A DNA stretch of 64,000 bases from an uncultured Desulfurococcales archaeon (GCA_964564025.1 CAZLZO010000005.1:712-64711); one strand, 5' to 3'. Shown: positions 50,314 to 61,344, numbered from the stretch's first letter. Numbers and translations: made by a program. Notes: generated by a model not told the origin, from the letters alone.

Positions 50314-51185
50314 CTAAACCACCTCCTAAGAGCGACTAAAGCGTAGGGTATAACTATTCCTAATGAAATTGCAAAAATTATCGTTGCTATAGCTGCACCA
50401 TCAGCCATAAATCTCTGCCAAAACGCTGTTTCCCACATGAAATATCCTAAAACGTCTGTAGCTAAGCCTGGCCCTCCACGTGTAGCTACATAAACTATGT
50501 CAAATATTTTAAGTGCAGAGAGAGCAAGTAACGGAACAGCAACTAAAAATCCATGCCTTACTTGAGGCACTACTACATCCCAGAATATTTGAAATGACGA
50601 TGCTCCATCTATTTGTGCTGCTTCAATAAGTGATGGGTCTATGCCTTTTATTGCCGCTTCAAAAATTATAACTGCAAATCCTAGGTATTGCCAAATAGTG
50701 ACGAAAATTAGGGCATAAAGTGCTGTTGAAGGATCAGATATCCACGGTTTTACGATGAAGCTTAGTCCTAAAGTTTTAAGTACAGTATTTATGGCTCCGT
50801 CTCTAGCATACATCCAAACCCAAAGTGTTCCAGCAACAGTCATTGAAATTGCTGTTGGTAGAAGAAAAATTGTTCTAAATATTATTTCCTTACCTGTCGA
50901 AACCATAATGTAGGCTATTATTAACCCTAAAATCGAAGTTGGACCCATAAACAAAATGATCCACATAATATTATTTCTTAAAGCAGTGTAGAACCTAGGG
51001 TTAGAAAATAATGCTTCATAATTTCTTAAGCCTACAAAATTAAGGGATATTTGGTAACTCCTCCAATCACTCATTGAAACATATATTGAAATACCAATCA
51101 TTACGTAAAGTATGCTTATAACGAACAATATTGGTGTTAGAAACACTAGCTTCTCTCGAAGTTCACTTGAAAACATAGTAGGCAC
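50310..51185 (-). CDS. Sugar ABC transporter permease (MalF-like)
   Basis: A 291-aa protein with the EAA loop (EAAQIDGASSFQIF). Confidence 0.88.
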   Translation of the reverse strand: MPTMFSSELREKLVFLTPILFVISILYVMIGISIYVSMSDWRSYQISLNFVGLRNYEALFSNPRFYTALRNNIMWIILFMGPTSILGLIIAYIMVSTGKEIIFRTIFLLPTAISMTVAGTLWVWMYARDGAINTVLKTLGLSFIVKPWISDPSTALYALIFVTIWQYLGFAVIIFEAAIKGIDPSLIEAAQIDGASSFQIFWDVVVPQVRHGFLVAVPLLALSALKIFDIVYVATRGGPGLATDVLGYFMWETAFWQRFMADGAAIATIIFAISLGIVIPYALVALRRWFR

Positions 51186-51238
51186 CTAGCTAATCAAAAA
51201 TATAGATGAGAGGAAAAAAGAGTTTTTGGTTTTTATTT

Positions 51239-52717
51239 TTACCTCTTCGTTATGAAGTAATCTATTGTGTATCCTTCCCAGAAGCTTACAACACCTGATC
51301 TATCGATTGCTTGCATTATTTGTTGTATTGCCGCATTAACTAAAGTGTCTATGTCCGCTCCAGCTGAGGCACTTGTTACGAGGCTAGTTAATATGTTATG
51401 CATTTCCGTTACGAAAGCCTCCTTGCTTATTCCTCCATGAACAGCGCTAGGTACTAATGTTGATTTCTTAAAGTCATCGGCGGTTTCCGGTCTATATGGG
51501 TCTGGATATTTTGGTGAAACGTCTACACGTGCAGGTATTGATCCTTTAATAAGGTTAAAGCTTTCCTGCGCTTCCGGAGACCCGACGACTGTTAGCCATG
51601 CTTTCGCTATTTCTTGATGAGGTGCGTCCTTAGGTAAGTTGAAGGAGTCAGATAGCAGAATGAACACGGTCTTCGGGAACGGTGCTGCAGCCCATTCTTC
51701 ACCATACTTTGCACCTACAGACATGAAGTATCCTGCAACCCAGTCTCCATGTATGTACATTGCTGCTTTACCTTGGTAAACCAGTGCTGCTGCTTGATCC
51801 CATGTTAATTCTGGATGGTTACTGTTGAACAAGTCTTCTTTAGCCATTATCGCTATTGTTTTAAGAACATCTCTTACAGTAGACCATACAGGATCTTCTG
51901 GGTTCTTATAATCAAACTTCCCGGTCCAGAACTTAACGTAGGTTTCCGGTCCTCCATGGAGCACTAAAAGTACTTCAAAGAGGTGAGTTAATGGCCACTT
52001 GTTTCTAGTAGCTAAGGCTACCGGAGCTACCTCAGGTTTGTTCTCTTTAATGTAGCGTGCTACTTCAAGGAAAGTATTTAAGTCCCATGTTCTTGGGTCG
52101 CCAAATTTATCAATAATTCCCAGTTCCTCAAATATCTTAGGATTATACCATAAGACGTTTGATCTGTGTACGTTTATTGGAACCGCGTAATAGTGGTCGT
52201 TGAATTTACACATTGCTTGAAGTGTTGAAGGAATTACGTCGGCCAATCCCATGTTCTCCCATACTTCATCAACTGGTGCTAAATAACCTGCATCAACATA
52301 TTCCTTAAGTTCACCACCAGCATGTACTTGGAATGTGTCTGGTGGTGTTCCCGAAGCTAATAGACCCCAAATAACGGCTTTCATAACTGCTCCAGCACCG
52401 CCCGCAACAGGGTTTTCGACTATTTCGGCTTCGGGGTACTTGTCCTTAAACACCTTAAATACCGCATCTATAGCTTCCTTCTCACCGCCTGCTGTCCACC
52501 AATGATATATAATTAATTGTTTCTCAACAGGTGTAGGTGTAGGTGTCGGAGGAGCTGTTGTTATTGTTGTCACTGTAGTCACTGTCGTCGGCGATGCTGG
52601 TGGTGGAGCTGTACTTACTCCAGCATAGTACCCTGCAATAGTTGCTATAACTATCAGAACTATAGCTACTAATATTATAACAGAAGTTTTAGTAACGGCT
52701 TTTCTTAGAGGCGTCAT
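51239..52717 (-). CDS. Extracellular sugar-binding protein (family 1 SBP), membrane-anchored
   Basis: A 492-aa protein with an N-terminal TM helix and a Thr/Pro-rich linker (TTVTTVTTITTAPPTPTPTP), the typical archaeal SBP architecture. Confidence 0.85.
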   Translation of the reverse strand: MTPLRKAVTKTSVIILVAIVLIVIATIAGYYAGVSTAPPPASPTTVTTVTTITTAPPTPTPTPVEKQLIIYHWWTAGGEKEAIDAVFKVFKDKYPEAEIVENPVAGGAGAVMKAVIWGLLASGTPPDTFQVHAGGELKEYVDAGYLAPVDEVWENMGLADVIPSTLQAMCKFNDHYYAVPINVHRSNVLWYNPKIFEELGIIDKFGDPRTWDLNTFLEVARYIKENKPEVAPVALATRNKWPLTHLFEVLLVLHGGPETYVKFWTGKFDYKNPEDPVWSTVRDVLKTIAIMAKEDLFNSNHPELTWDQAAALVYQGKAAMYIHGDWVAGYFMSVGAKYGEEWAAAPFPKTVFILLSDSFNLPKDAPHQEIAKAWLTVVGSPEAQESFNLIKGSIPARVDVSPKYPDPYRPETADDFKKSTLVPSAVHGGISKEAFVTEMHNILTSLVTSASAGADIDTLVNAAIQQIMQAIDRSGVVSFWEGYTIDYFITKR

Positions 52718-53136
52718 TAGAATACTACCTCCAAATAATAATTTTTAACTTACTGCTCTATATACCGATTTCTAATTTCTAGATTAATCGAAAACGTTTT
52801 AATTAATGCTATAGTAGTTAAGTATTTAGGCTATCGCTTAGCTTCTCCTATCACAATTTTTAGTAAGGAAGATCAGTAAAGGCCAGGATTCATCATTTTT
52901 CTCAGGAGGAAGCCAAAACATCTCATCTAAGCATTAGCTAACTATTTTATCTGCCACTATATCTTTAGTTCTAAAGACTCTCATGATCATATGGAAGAGA
53001 TCATTGGATCTTAAAATTGAGAATGCACTTATATAGTTGCATAGATTTGGCTATGGCTAACACTACTAATAACTAGGCTATATAGGACGTGTTGAAAGAC
53101 TATTTGTAAAAATTTCATAAACAATGTTCTCTTTAA

Positions 53137-54204
53137 TTAAAAGGTTTTAACGACCTTAACTAAGTCTTTGGGTTTATCTGGATTATATCCTTTAAGTATA
53201 GTTCTGTAAAATGCCATTAAGTATAGTGGTATAATGAACAATAATGGTGAATAGTATACGTGCCCAGACCAGTCAATATATAATTGATCCTTAAAGCTTT
53301 CACTGTTAGTAACTAATCTAACATTGAAACCTTTATTAATCAATTCATTATAGAGTCTTATTACTTTATCGATACTTTTATCTCTTGGTGCAAGGATGAA
53401 TAAGACTATTTCCTTGCTTCTACTGGCAAGAGCTATTGGGCCATGCCTGAACTCTAGAGCATGTAATGCCTCAGTAAACGCATGTGTCATTTCCTTAAAC
53501 TTTAATCCAGCTTCGAATGCTGCAGACATCGTTATTGATGTACCTAAGAATATGAACGTGTTCTTTTCTAGAGTTTCTTTTGCTAGTGTAAAGTATTGTT
53601 GCTTATTACTTAGTATTTTCTCTACGGCCACTGGTAGTTTAGCGGATTCTTTTATTACACTTTCTGCCCATTCGTAGTCATTAGAAATTTGATATAAAGA
53701 TAGTAATAATCCTGCTAATTGCATTGTAACAAATGATTTAGTCATAACGTAACTTTCTTCGTAACACTTCTCTGCGAGAATAGAGTAATCTGTTAATTTT
53801 AGAATGGGACTATCTCTTGTGCAAGTAATACCTATAGTTACATATCCTTTTTCCTTAGCTTGGCGCATAGCGCTTAAAATTTCAGCTGTCGATCCTGACC
53901 TTGAAAATGCTATTACTGCCTTCCTTGATTTATATCGGTTATTTAAGTAGTAAAACATGAACTCTGATGCTGGAGCTACAATTGTTTTTATAGTGGAATG
54001 CATGAGTAATGGAAGTGCAGAACCCATAGCTACGTAGTGGCTTGTTCCGCAACCTATATAGTATAGCTCATTAACTCCTTTATTATTTAGCTCATTGACT
54101 ATTTCTCTTATTTTCCTAACATTACCAATAACTTCTCTAATACTCTCCGGTATTTCATTGATCTCTTTAAACGTTTTATAGTTAAATAGCTCTTCTTCAG
54201 GCAA
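53137..54204 (-). CDS. Double-SIS-domain sugar-phosphate isomerase/deaminase (GlmS C-terminal-like, GlmD/AgaS family)
   Basis: A 355-aa protein with two SIS repeats (GCGTSHY...SRSGST and FLGTS...). It resembles archaeal GlmD-type glucosamine-6-P deaminases. Confidence 0.65.
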   Translation of the reverse strand: MPEEELFNYKTFKEINEIPESIREVIGNVRKIREIVNELNNKGVNELYYIGCGTSHYVAMGSALPLLMHSTIKTIVAPASEFMFYYLNNRYKSRKAVIAFSRSGSTAEILSAMRQAKEKGYVTIGITCTRDSPILKLTDYSILAEKCYEESYVMTKSFVTMQLAGLLLSLYQISNDYEWAESVIKESAKLPVAVEKILSNKQQYFTLAKETLEKNTFIFLGTSITMSAAFEAGLKFKEMTHAFTEALHALEFRHGPIALASRSKEIVLFILAPRDKSIDKVIRLYNELINKGFNVRLVTNSESFKDQLYIDWSGHVYYSPLLFIIPLYLMAFYRTILKGYNPDKPKDLVKVVKTF

Positions 54205-54383
54205 TTTTGGAAACCTCTAACTTTATATGCCTTAATTGGTTGTTGAATAATTTTACGCTTAATCAAGACAGTGAAAACTATTTAATGAAAATTAATATTT
54301 AAATATTTAAAACAGTATAGCAAAGCTATTGAACTAATTATGTACATTTTACAACTTTAATTACGTCTCTACTAGCTAAGCCT

Positions 54384-55667
54384 TTATTTACTGAGCACTT
54401 CAATTGTCTTATTAAGTTTAATGGTTGACCCTTCAAGGCCAAATGCTTTCGTATACTTTCTTATTGCCTTTATGATTTCATCGATAATTACTTTACGGCC
54501 GTTAATGCCTATGTCTTCTGCATGCTTATAGAGTTTCTCTCTTAACTCATTAACTCTTTTATTTGACCAAATATATCTTGAACATATACCTATTACCCAT
54601 TCCCTATAATTACTTGGTAAACTTTCAAGTTTATTAATGCTTCTTGGAACATACTTCTTCCATCTGCCATCCTCCTTCACTAAATCGACTATAGTATTTA
54701 ATATTGAATAGAACTCATCCTTACCTCGCATTTCCCTTTCTTCCAATAATTTAACAAGTTTTTTAATACCACGATATTCTACGTCTGCAAATTCTGGACC
54801 TACATTAGCGCCTCCAATGCCTATTTTCCTATAATTTTCAGGATTTTTGACATAATCTGTTGAATGTCCTTTAACGTATGAATTATATTTCTTAGCGATT
54901 TCAACTAATTTGATACCTACATTAATATCTAACATGTTCTCTGGTGTAATGCGTGTTCCTAAATCGCCTACAACAAATAAGGGCAATGTTTCCTTAAGTC
55001 CTCTTTCCATTAGTCCTTTTCTTATCATTTTTAGAATAATGTTAACTCTTTCAGGGTCACTAACTCCCCATCTATCGCTTCCTACTTCATAGTCTACTCT
55101 GGGTAAGCCTTTACTTACACGTATAGACTCTGCATATTCGATTAAATCAAGCGTCCTTTTAGCAATAACTTCCTCATTTAATGGTTTTTTCAAGTAAATA
55201 TCTACTGTCGTATCAATATGTAATAGATCATATCCGGAAATTATTGCTGCTTCAATAGATTTCATAACATGTTCCATAGCCTCTTCAAGGTCAAGGCCTT
55301 GGTGTATATGGGCATCTTTGAGCCATGGTCCACCATGGTCAAGGGCAATTATTATTGGGCCTTTGTAATTTAGTTTAGAGACTTTTTCAGACACTATTTC
55401 AACAAATTTTTGCGGCGTCCAGCCAGTATATCCACCATCTATATCTACTTGGTTTAGAGAAGCAATGAACATTATAGGTAATTGATACCTTTTAGCAACT
55501 AAGAGAGCTGACTCAACAACCGAAATTGATGTTGGAGATATACCTAATAGCGTAATAGGTGTCCTCAGATGCTTGTAAAACGTATTTAGAATAAGCCTCG
55601 TAATTGGCACATCTTTTTCTAATGCAATCTCTCTAACAGTACTTTTATCGAACCTCTTAGCTCCCAT
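54384..55667 (-). CDS. GatZ/KbaZ-family protein (tagatose-bisphosphate aldolase noncatalytic subunit / tagatose-6-P epimerase family)
   Basis: A 427-aa protein. LLGISPTSISVVESALLVAKRYQLPIMFIASLNQVDIDGGYTGWTPQKF matches the GatZ/KbaZ N-terminal signature (NQV..GGYTGMTP). Confidence 0.6.
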   Translation of the reverse strand: MGAKRFDKSTVREIALEKDVPITRLILNTFYKHLRTPITLLGISPTSISVVESALLVAKRYQLPIMFIASLNQVDIDGGYTGWTPQKFVEIVSEKVSKLNYKGPIIIALDHGGPWLKDAHIHQGLDLEEAMEHVMKSIEAAIISGYDLLHIDTTVDIYLKKPLNEEVIAKRTLDLIEYAESIRVSKGLPRVDYEVGSDRWGVSDPERVNIILKMIRKGLMERGLKETLPLFVVGDLGTRITPENMLDINVGIKLVEIAKKYNSYVKGHSTDYVKNPENYRKIGIGGANVGPEFADVEYRGIKKLVKLLEEREMRGKDEFYSILNTIVDLVKEDGRWKKYVPRSINKLESLPSNYREWVIGICSRYIWSNKRVNELREKLYKHAEDIGINGRKVIIDEIIKAIRKYTKAFGLEGSTIKLNKTIEVLSK

Positions 55668-56018
55668 TAGATTGACCCCACCATGTGAAAAGTAGCAGTT
55701 CTACGACAGTATAAAACTGTTAGTGTTAGATGATTTAATTGTATCCATTTAAGCATTAAAGTAATTAGCAATAATTTAGTTTAATCATCCACCGCTTAGG
55801 CATTACAACCATATAATCACATATTTTAACAGGGCTAGGTACATCCTAGTATAGTTCAAAGTTTAATTGTTATTTCCTAGTGTTAGCACATCTCTAATCC
55901 TAAGGGTTTTCAATAATAGTTTAAATAGTTCTTTCTCATTAAGATTTAAATAACCTTACTTGTGTATGGTTTTAGGTAGCTGAAAGAAGCAAAGTATACG
56001 GGAAGGTAGGCTGATTAC

Positions 56019-56474
56019 ATGTCCTCGCAAACAACGTTCAGATACATAGTTAGAGTTGCTGGAGTAGATATTGACGGTAACTGGAAGGTAGCTTATGGTC
56101 TATCTAAAATTAAGGGCGTTGGCGTAACCTTAGCCTACGCTATGTGTAGGAAGTTAGGTATAGATCCTGAAATGAGAATAGGGAACTTAACCGAAGCAGA
56201 CGTTAAAAAAATCGAAGAGGCACTTTCAAACCTTAAAAAGCTAGGCTTACCTTCCTGGCTTTATAATAGACGTAAGGATTATGAAACAGGAAACGATCTC
56301 CACTTGATAGGTTCAGACCTTATTATGGCTGTTAGGAAAGACATAGAAATTATGAAGAAAATTAAGAGTTGGAAGGGAATAAGACACTCCTTAGGGCTAA
56401 AGGTGAGAGGACAGAGAACGAGGACAACTGGTAGGTTAGGATTAACAGTAGGTGTTAAACGTAAGAGAAAGTAA
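56019..56474 (+). CDS. rps13: 30S ribosomal protein S13
   Basis: A 151-aa protein, by position and a basic C-terminus. Confidence 0.9.
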   Translation: MSSQTTFRYIVRVAGVDIDGNWKVAYGLSKIKGVGVTLAYAMCRKLGIDPEMRIGNLTEADVKKIEEALSNLKKLGLPSWLYNRRKDYETGNDLHLIGSDLIMAVRKDIEIMKKIKSWKGIRHSLGLKVRGQRTRTTGRLGLTVGVKRKRK

Positions 56475-56488
56475 TGGTGTGATCTACC

Positions 56489-57013
56489 ATGGGTGATCCT
56501 AGGAAACCACGTAAGAAATGGATAGGGCCTAAACATCCATGGAGAAAAGAAGTTTTAGAAGAAGAAATGATACTTATGGGTAAATATGGTTTAAGAAATA
56601 AAAGAGAACTTTGGATAGCTAAAACACTTGCTAGAGAATTTAGACATAGAGCTAGGGCCCTTTTAGCTCTTCCAGAGAAGGACAGAAAGGTTCAGGAGAA
56701 AGCTCTTCTCAATAGACTTTACCATTTAGGGGTTTTACCGGAAAATGCAACATTGGATGACGTATTAGGATTAACCGCAGAACACATTTTGAAAAGAAGG
56801 CTTCAAACAATAGTTTATGAAAAAGGTCTTGCAAGAACTATTTACCAAGCAAGACAATTGATAGTTCATGGACACATAGCTATTGGAGGAAGAAGAGTTA
56901 ATGCCCCTGGATATCTTGTAAAAAGAGAAGAAGAAGACTTAGTAGATTACTACTCGATAAGCCCGTTCAAGAAGAAACCTGAACTTCTTCAGCAAGTTTC
57001 GCAACAAAGCTAA
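56489..57013 (+). CDS. rps4: 30S ribosomal protein S4
   Basis: A 174-aa protein with an S4 domain. Confidence 0.9.
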   Translation: MGDPRKPRKKWIGPKHPWRKEVLEEEMILMGKYGLRNKRELWIAKTLAREFRHRARALLALPEKDRKVQEKALLNRLYHLGVLPENATLDDVLGLTAEHILKRRLQTIVYEKGLARTIYQARQLIVHGHIAIGGRRVNAPGYLVKREEEDLVDYYSISPFKKKPELLQQVSQQS

Positions 57014-57029
57014 CAGAGGTGGGTATTAA

Positions 57030-57431
57030 GTGGCGTTCATAGCACGTGAGCTTAAATGGGGCGTAGTTCACATTTACAGTTCACTAAATAATACGATAAT
57101 ACACATCACCGACCTTACCGGAGCAGAAACTGTAGCTAGAGCTTCAGGAGGAATGGTTGTTAAAGCTGACAGAGAAAAACCGTCACCATACGCTGCAATG
57201 CTAGCTGCTTCAAGAGTAGCTCAAGAAGCTATGGACAAGGGTGTAAGAGCAATACATATAAAGGTAAGAGCGCCTGGAGGTCATGGACCTAAAACTCCAG
57301 GACCTGGAGCTCAAGCTGCAATAAGAGCTCTTGCGAGAGCGGGCTTCATTATTGGCAGAATAGAGGATGTAACGCCAATACCTCATGATACGACAAGGAG
57401 GCCGGGTGGACGTAGAGGTAGAAGAGTCTAG
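57030..57431 (+). CDS. rps11: 30S ribosomal protein S11
   Basis: A 133-aa protein with [23 protein letters not shown]. Confidence 0.92.
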   Translation: MAFIARELKWGVVHIYSSLNNTIIHITDLTGAETVARASGGMVVKADREKPSPYAAMLAASRVAQEAMDKGVRAIHIKVRAPGGHGPKTPGPGAQAAIRALARAGFIIGRIEDVTPIPHDTTRRPGGRRGRRV

Positions 57432-57449
57432 GTCGCGGAGTGTTTAACA

Positions 57450-58265
57450 ATGAAAATTAGGGTTCTTGAAAAGGACAACAGGAAAATTAAGGTAATGATC
57501 GAAGAGTCATCTTTGCCTTTAGTTAATGCTATAAGGAGATTAGCTATATCTGATGTACCAACTTTAGCTATTGACGAAGTAGCTTTCCTCGATAATACAT
57601 CAGTTCTTTACGATGAAATAATAGCTCATAGATTAGGATTAGTGCCTTTAACGACAGATCTCTCACGGTTTAAACCTCCAGAGGAGTGTGAAGGAGCTAA
57701 TCCAATAAATAACCCGGAATGTTACACAAGATTATTCCTAGATGTTGAAGCTAAGAGGGACTATGAAATAATTTATTCAGGTGATTTGCAAAGCGAAGAT
57801 CCTACGGTAAAGCCTGTTTCAGACAAAATACCTATCGCTATTTTAGCTAAGGGCCAAAAAATAACGTTGGAAGCCTATGCTAGACTAGGTAGGGGAAGAG
57901 AACACATAAAGTGGTCCCCTGTTTCAGTGAGTGCACATAAATATGTTCCGGAAATCATAATTGACATGGAGAAATGTACTTTATGCGGTAAATGTGTTGA
58001 AGAATGCCCTAAAAACATCTTAATAATTGAAAATAAAACATTAAAGATAATAAATACTCTAGAATGCACGCTGTGTAAAGCATGTGAAGAAGTCTGTGAA
58101 CCTCGAGCAATAAGAGTTTCTTGGGTTGAAAACTCCTACATCTTAACCATAGAGTCAACAGGTGCTTTACTGCCTGAAGTAATAGTTTCTGAAGCTGCAA
58201 AGATTCTCGAGAAAAAAGCCGGAGAATTCATTAAACAAGTTGAAAGCTTAGAGGGAGGAGAATAA
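57450..58265 (+). CDS. rpoD: DNA-directed RNA polymerase subunit D, with a [4Fe-4S]-type Cys-cluster domain
   Basis: A 271-aa protein with an alpha-like dimerisation domain. It has two Cys clusters, [12 protein letters not shown] and [13 protein letters not shown]. Confidence 0.88.
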   Translation: MKIRVLEKDNRKIKVMIEESSLPLVNAIRRLAISDVPTLAIDEVAFLDNTSVLYDEIIAHRLGLVPLTTDLSRFKPPEECEGANPINNPECYTRLFLDVEAKRDYEIIYSGDLQSEDPTVKPVSDKIPIAILAKGQKITLEAYARLGRGREHIKWSPVSVSAHKYVPEIIIDMEKCTLCGKCVEECPKNILIIENKTLKIINTLECTLCKACEEVCEPRAIRVSWVENSYILTIESTGALLPEVIVSEAAKILEKKAGEFIKQVESLEGGE

Positions 58266-58267
58266 GA

Positions 58268-58630
58268 ATGAAAAGAACGGGCCCAACAAACTATGTTCTT
58301 AGAAGAACAATTAGGTTTCTAAAGAAAATTTCTAAAGAAAACAAGGTTAAAATATGGAAGGATATTGCTGAACGGTTAGAAAGACCTTCAAGACAAAGAA
58401 TAGTAGTTAATGTTTCAAGAATAAATCGCTATACTAAAGAAGGAGATGTCGTAGTTGTTCCAGGAAAAGTTCTTGGTGCTGGAAATATAAATCATAAAGT
58501 TACTGTTGCTGCAATAGGCTTCTCAAAAACAGCTTATGAAAAAATAGTTTCCGTTGGAGGAAAATGTATGCATATTTTAGAGCTTGCTTTGCAAAATCCT
58601 AAGGGTTCAAACATCAAGATTATTGGGTGA
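58268..58630 (+). CDS. rpl18e: 50S ribosomal protein L18e
   Basis: A 120-aa protein, in cluster position. Confidence 0.85.
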   Translation: MKRTGPTNYVLRRTIRFLKKISKENKVKIWKDIAERLERPSRQRIVVNVSRINRYTKEGDVVVVPGKVLGAGNINHKVTVAAIGFSKTAYEKIVSVGGKCMHILELALQNPKGSNIKIIG

Positions 58631-58639
58631 CCAGGTAAT

Positions 58640-59098
58640 ATGCAGAAAGAAACCATAATTAATGGTGAAGGACATATTCTAGGAAGACTTGCAAGCATTG
58701 TTGCTAAAAGATTACTTAATGGTGAAAAAATAACAATACTTAATGCAGATAAAATAGTTGTAAGTGGAAATAAGAGAATGGTTATTGAATCATATAAGCT
58801 CTTATTTGAGGTAAAAACACATTACAATCCCTACAAGCAAGGAATTAGAAGACCGAGAAGCCCTGAAAACATAGTCAGAAGAGCTATTAGAGGAATGCTG
58901 CCCATGGACAAGCCTAAGGGAAGAGTAGCATTTCGTAGGTTAAAGGTTTTCTCGGGTATACCTCCGGAGTACGAAAAAGTAAAGGATAGGATGGTTAAAA
59001 TAGAAGATGCTTTAGCAACAAGGCTTGGAAGAACCTATGTCACCTTAGCAGAGATAGCTATACAAATGGGGTGGAAACCTAAAGTTCCGAAAACCTAA
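58640..59098 (+). CDS. rpl13: 50S ribosomal protein L13
   Basis: A 152-aa protein, in cluster position. Confidence 0.88.
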   Translation: MQKETIINGEGHILGRLASIVAKRLLNGEKITILNADKIVVSGNKRMVIESYKLLFEVKTHYNPYKQGIRRPRSPENIVRRAIRGMLPMDKPKGRVAFRRLKVFSGIPPEYEKVKDRMVKIEDALATRLGRTYVTLAEIAIQMGWKPKVPKT

Positions 59099-59118
59099 AC
59101 TTCTCTAGGTGATGAATA

Positions 59119-59520
59119 GTGAAAATAGTTATTTCTTCAGGTAAGAGAAAAACAGCAATAGCAAGAGCAATAATCAGGCCTGGTAAGGGTAGAGTTTTCA
59201 TCAACAATGTTCCTGTCGAAATATACCCCATAGAAATGGCTCGCTGGAAAATATTGGAACCGCTACTCCTAGCAGGAGACGATATAAGAAACTCTATAGA
59301 TATCCATGTTAACGTTAAGGGAGGCGGAGTTATGGCTCAAGCTGATGCTGCAAGAATAGCTATAGCTAGAGGGCTTATTGAGCTAACTAAGAATGAGGAA
59401 TTAAAGAAGCTATTTCTAGAGTATGATAAAACAATGTTAAGCGGTGATCCAAGACAAGCTGAGCCAAAGAAGTTTGCAAGATATAGTGCTAGAAGGAGAT
59501 GGCAGAAATCCTACAGATAA
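59119..59520 (+). CDS. rps9: 30S ribosomal protein S9
   Basis: A 133-aa protein whose C-terminus ends ...RRRWQKSYR. Confidence 0.9.
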   Translation: MKIVISSGKRKTAIARAIIRPGKGRVFINNVPVEIYPIEMARWKILEPLLLAGDDIRNSIDIHVNVKGGGVMAQADAARIAIARGLIELTKNEELKKLFLEYDKTMLSGDPRQAEPKKFARYSARRRWQKSYR

Positions 59521-59565
59521 GAATTTAATCCCAACATGACAATATGCGGTGTGAGGACTGAAAAA

Positions 59566-59766
59566 ATGCTTATACCTGTAAGATGCTTCACATGTGGGGC
59601 ATTAATTGGAGATAAATGGGAGGAATTTAGCAAAAGAGTTGCTCAAGGAGAAAATCCTGAAAAAGTTCTTGACGACTTAGGCGTTAAAAGGTATTGTTGT
59701 AGAAGAATGCTTCTTTCTCACGTAGACCTCATATACCAGGTTATTAAGTTTACGAGACCCACGTGA
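59566..59766 (+). CDS. rpoN: DNA-directed RNA polymerase subunit N (Rpb10)
   Basis: [21 protein letters not shown]...[14 protein letters not shown]. The start is trimmed to the Met preceded by GAGG. Confidence 0.88.
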   Translation: MLIPVRCFTCGALIGDKWEEFSKRVAQGENPEKVLDDLGVKRYCCRRMLLSHVDLIYQVIKFTRPT

Positions 59767-59770
59767 ACTC

Positions 59771-60424
59771 ATGAGGGTAGAGTTGAAAATGTCTTCGGAA
59801 AAACGTGTTGAAAAAAAGGAGTCAGAATTCTTAGTCCCCCTGGAAACGTATTTGGCCGCCGGAGTTCACATAGGAACCCATATTGGAACTAAGCATATGA
59901 TGAAGTTTGTTTATAAGGTAAGGCCCGATGGACTTCATATTTTAGACATTAGGCAAACGGATAACAGGTTGAAGATTGCAGCGAAATTTATAGCTAGATA
60001 TGATCCTTCAAAAATAGTTGCTGTTTCTGTAAGACAATATGGTCACAAGCCAGTTCAAATGTTTTGTAAATTTATCGGATGTAAAGCAATTACTGGAAGA
60101 ATACAACCCGGTACGTTTACAAATCCCCACTTAGAACATTATCTTGAACCAGAGCTTTTGATAGTAACTGACCCTAGGTCAGATTCTCAGGCATTAAAGG
60201 AAGCATCTAAAGTCGGAATAACTGTTGTCGCGCTCTGTGATTCAGACAATAAAACCGAGTTTGTTGACTTAATAATACCTGCAAATAATAAAGGTAGAAA
60301 AGCGTTAGCCCTACTTTACTGGCTACTAGCAAGACAAGTCCTTAGGGAGAGAGGAGAAATACCGCCAGACGGAGACCTTCCGGTTCCTGTTGAGGAGTTT
60401 GAACAGAAAATAACAAGAACATGA
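59771..60424 (+). CDS. rps2: 30S ribosomal protein S2
   Basis: A 217-aa protein with [21 protein letters not shown]. The true start may be the downstream Met at 59789. Confidence 0.9.
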   Translation: MRVELKMSSEKRVEKKESEFLVPLETYLAAGVHIGTHIGTKHMMKFVYKVRPDGLHILDIRQTDNRLKIAAKFIARYDPSKIVAVSVRQYGHKPVQMFCKFIGCKAITGRIQPGTFTNPHLEHYLEPELLIVTDPRSDSQALKEASKVGITVVALCDSDNKTEFVDLIIPANNKGRKALALLYWLLARQVLRERGEIPPDGDLPVPVEEFEQKITRT

Positions 60425-60485
60425 AGCAATATAAGTAATATCTAGTACTGTAGAGAACATCTTCAGTTTAAAAGGTGAGTATCTT

Positions 60486-61337
60486 ATGGTACGACCCCCT
60501 GCAGTTGCTGGCCTCTTTTACGAAGGCGAACCTATGCTTTTAAAAAGACAAATTGAAGAAGTTTTTAAGCACCCTTTAGGCCCAGGAAAACTTCCTCAAG
60601 TAAAAATTAAGGGGCCTAGAGAAATAGTTGGTATTGTCTCACCCCATGCTGGCTATATTTATTCGGGACCTGTAGCTGCACATGGCTTCTTCGAATTAGC
60701 CCTAGACGGTAAACCAGATGTTTTTGTAATATTAGGACCTAATCATACAGGATTAGGCTCTCCTGTTTCAACGATGCTAGACAACTGGACTACACCTTTC
60801 GGAGAAGTTCCCGTAGATAAGGGTTTGGCTAAGGAAATTGCTAAACGTAGTGAAATAGTTGACATAGATCCTGTAGCTCACAGATATGAACATTCAATAG
60901 AAGTTCAGCTACCATTTCTACAGTACGTCTTCGGACAAATAACATTCGTGCCAATAACCATGATGTGGCAAACACCTGAAGTTGCTGAGAAAGTAGCTAA
61001 AGCAATATATGATGCCTCAGTTGAGCTTGGTAAAGACATTGTAATAATAGCAAGTACTGATTTAAACCACTATGAACCTCAAAACATTACGGTTAAGAAG
61101 GATAAATTAGCCATAAATGCTATATTGAAAATGGATTCTGAAGCGCTTTCTAAGATACTTGAAGGACATGATATTTCAATGTGTGGACCTGGCCCTACCA
61201 TGGTGCTTATTGAATATGCTAAACTGATGGGAAATGTTGAGACACGGCTTCTTAAACACGCAACTTCAGGTGATGTGACTGGAGATTTATCAGCAGTAGT
61301 AGGGTATGCTTCAATAGTCTTTCGTAAGAAGTTTTAA
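60486..61337 (+). CDS. MEMO1-family (AmmeMemoRadiSam system protein B / UPF0103) protein
   Basis: A 283-aa protein with RPPAVAGLFYEG, then His-containing metal-site motifs (SPHAGY, GPNHTG). Confidence 0.75.
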   Translation: MVRPPAVAGLFYEGEPMLLKRQIEEVFKHPLGPGKLPQVKIKGPREIVGIVSPHAGYIYSGPVAAHGFFELALDGKPDVFVILGPNHTGLGSPVSTMLDNWTTPFGEVPVDKGLAKEIAKRSEIVDIDPVAHRYEHSIEVQLPFLQYVFGQITFVPITMMWQTPEVAEKVAKAIYDASVELGKDIVIIASTDLNHYEPQNITVKKDKLAINAILKMDSEALSKILEGHDISMCGPGPTMVLIEYAKLMGNVETRLLKHATSGDVTGDLSAVVGYASIVFRKKF

Positions 61338-61344
61338 GGAATGT

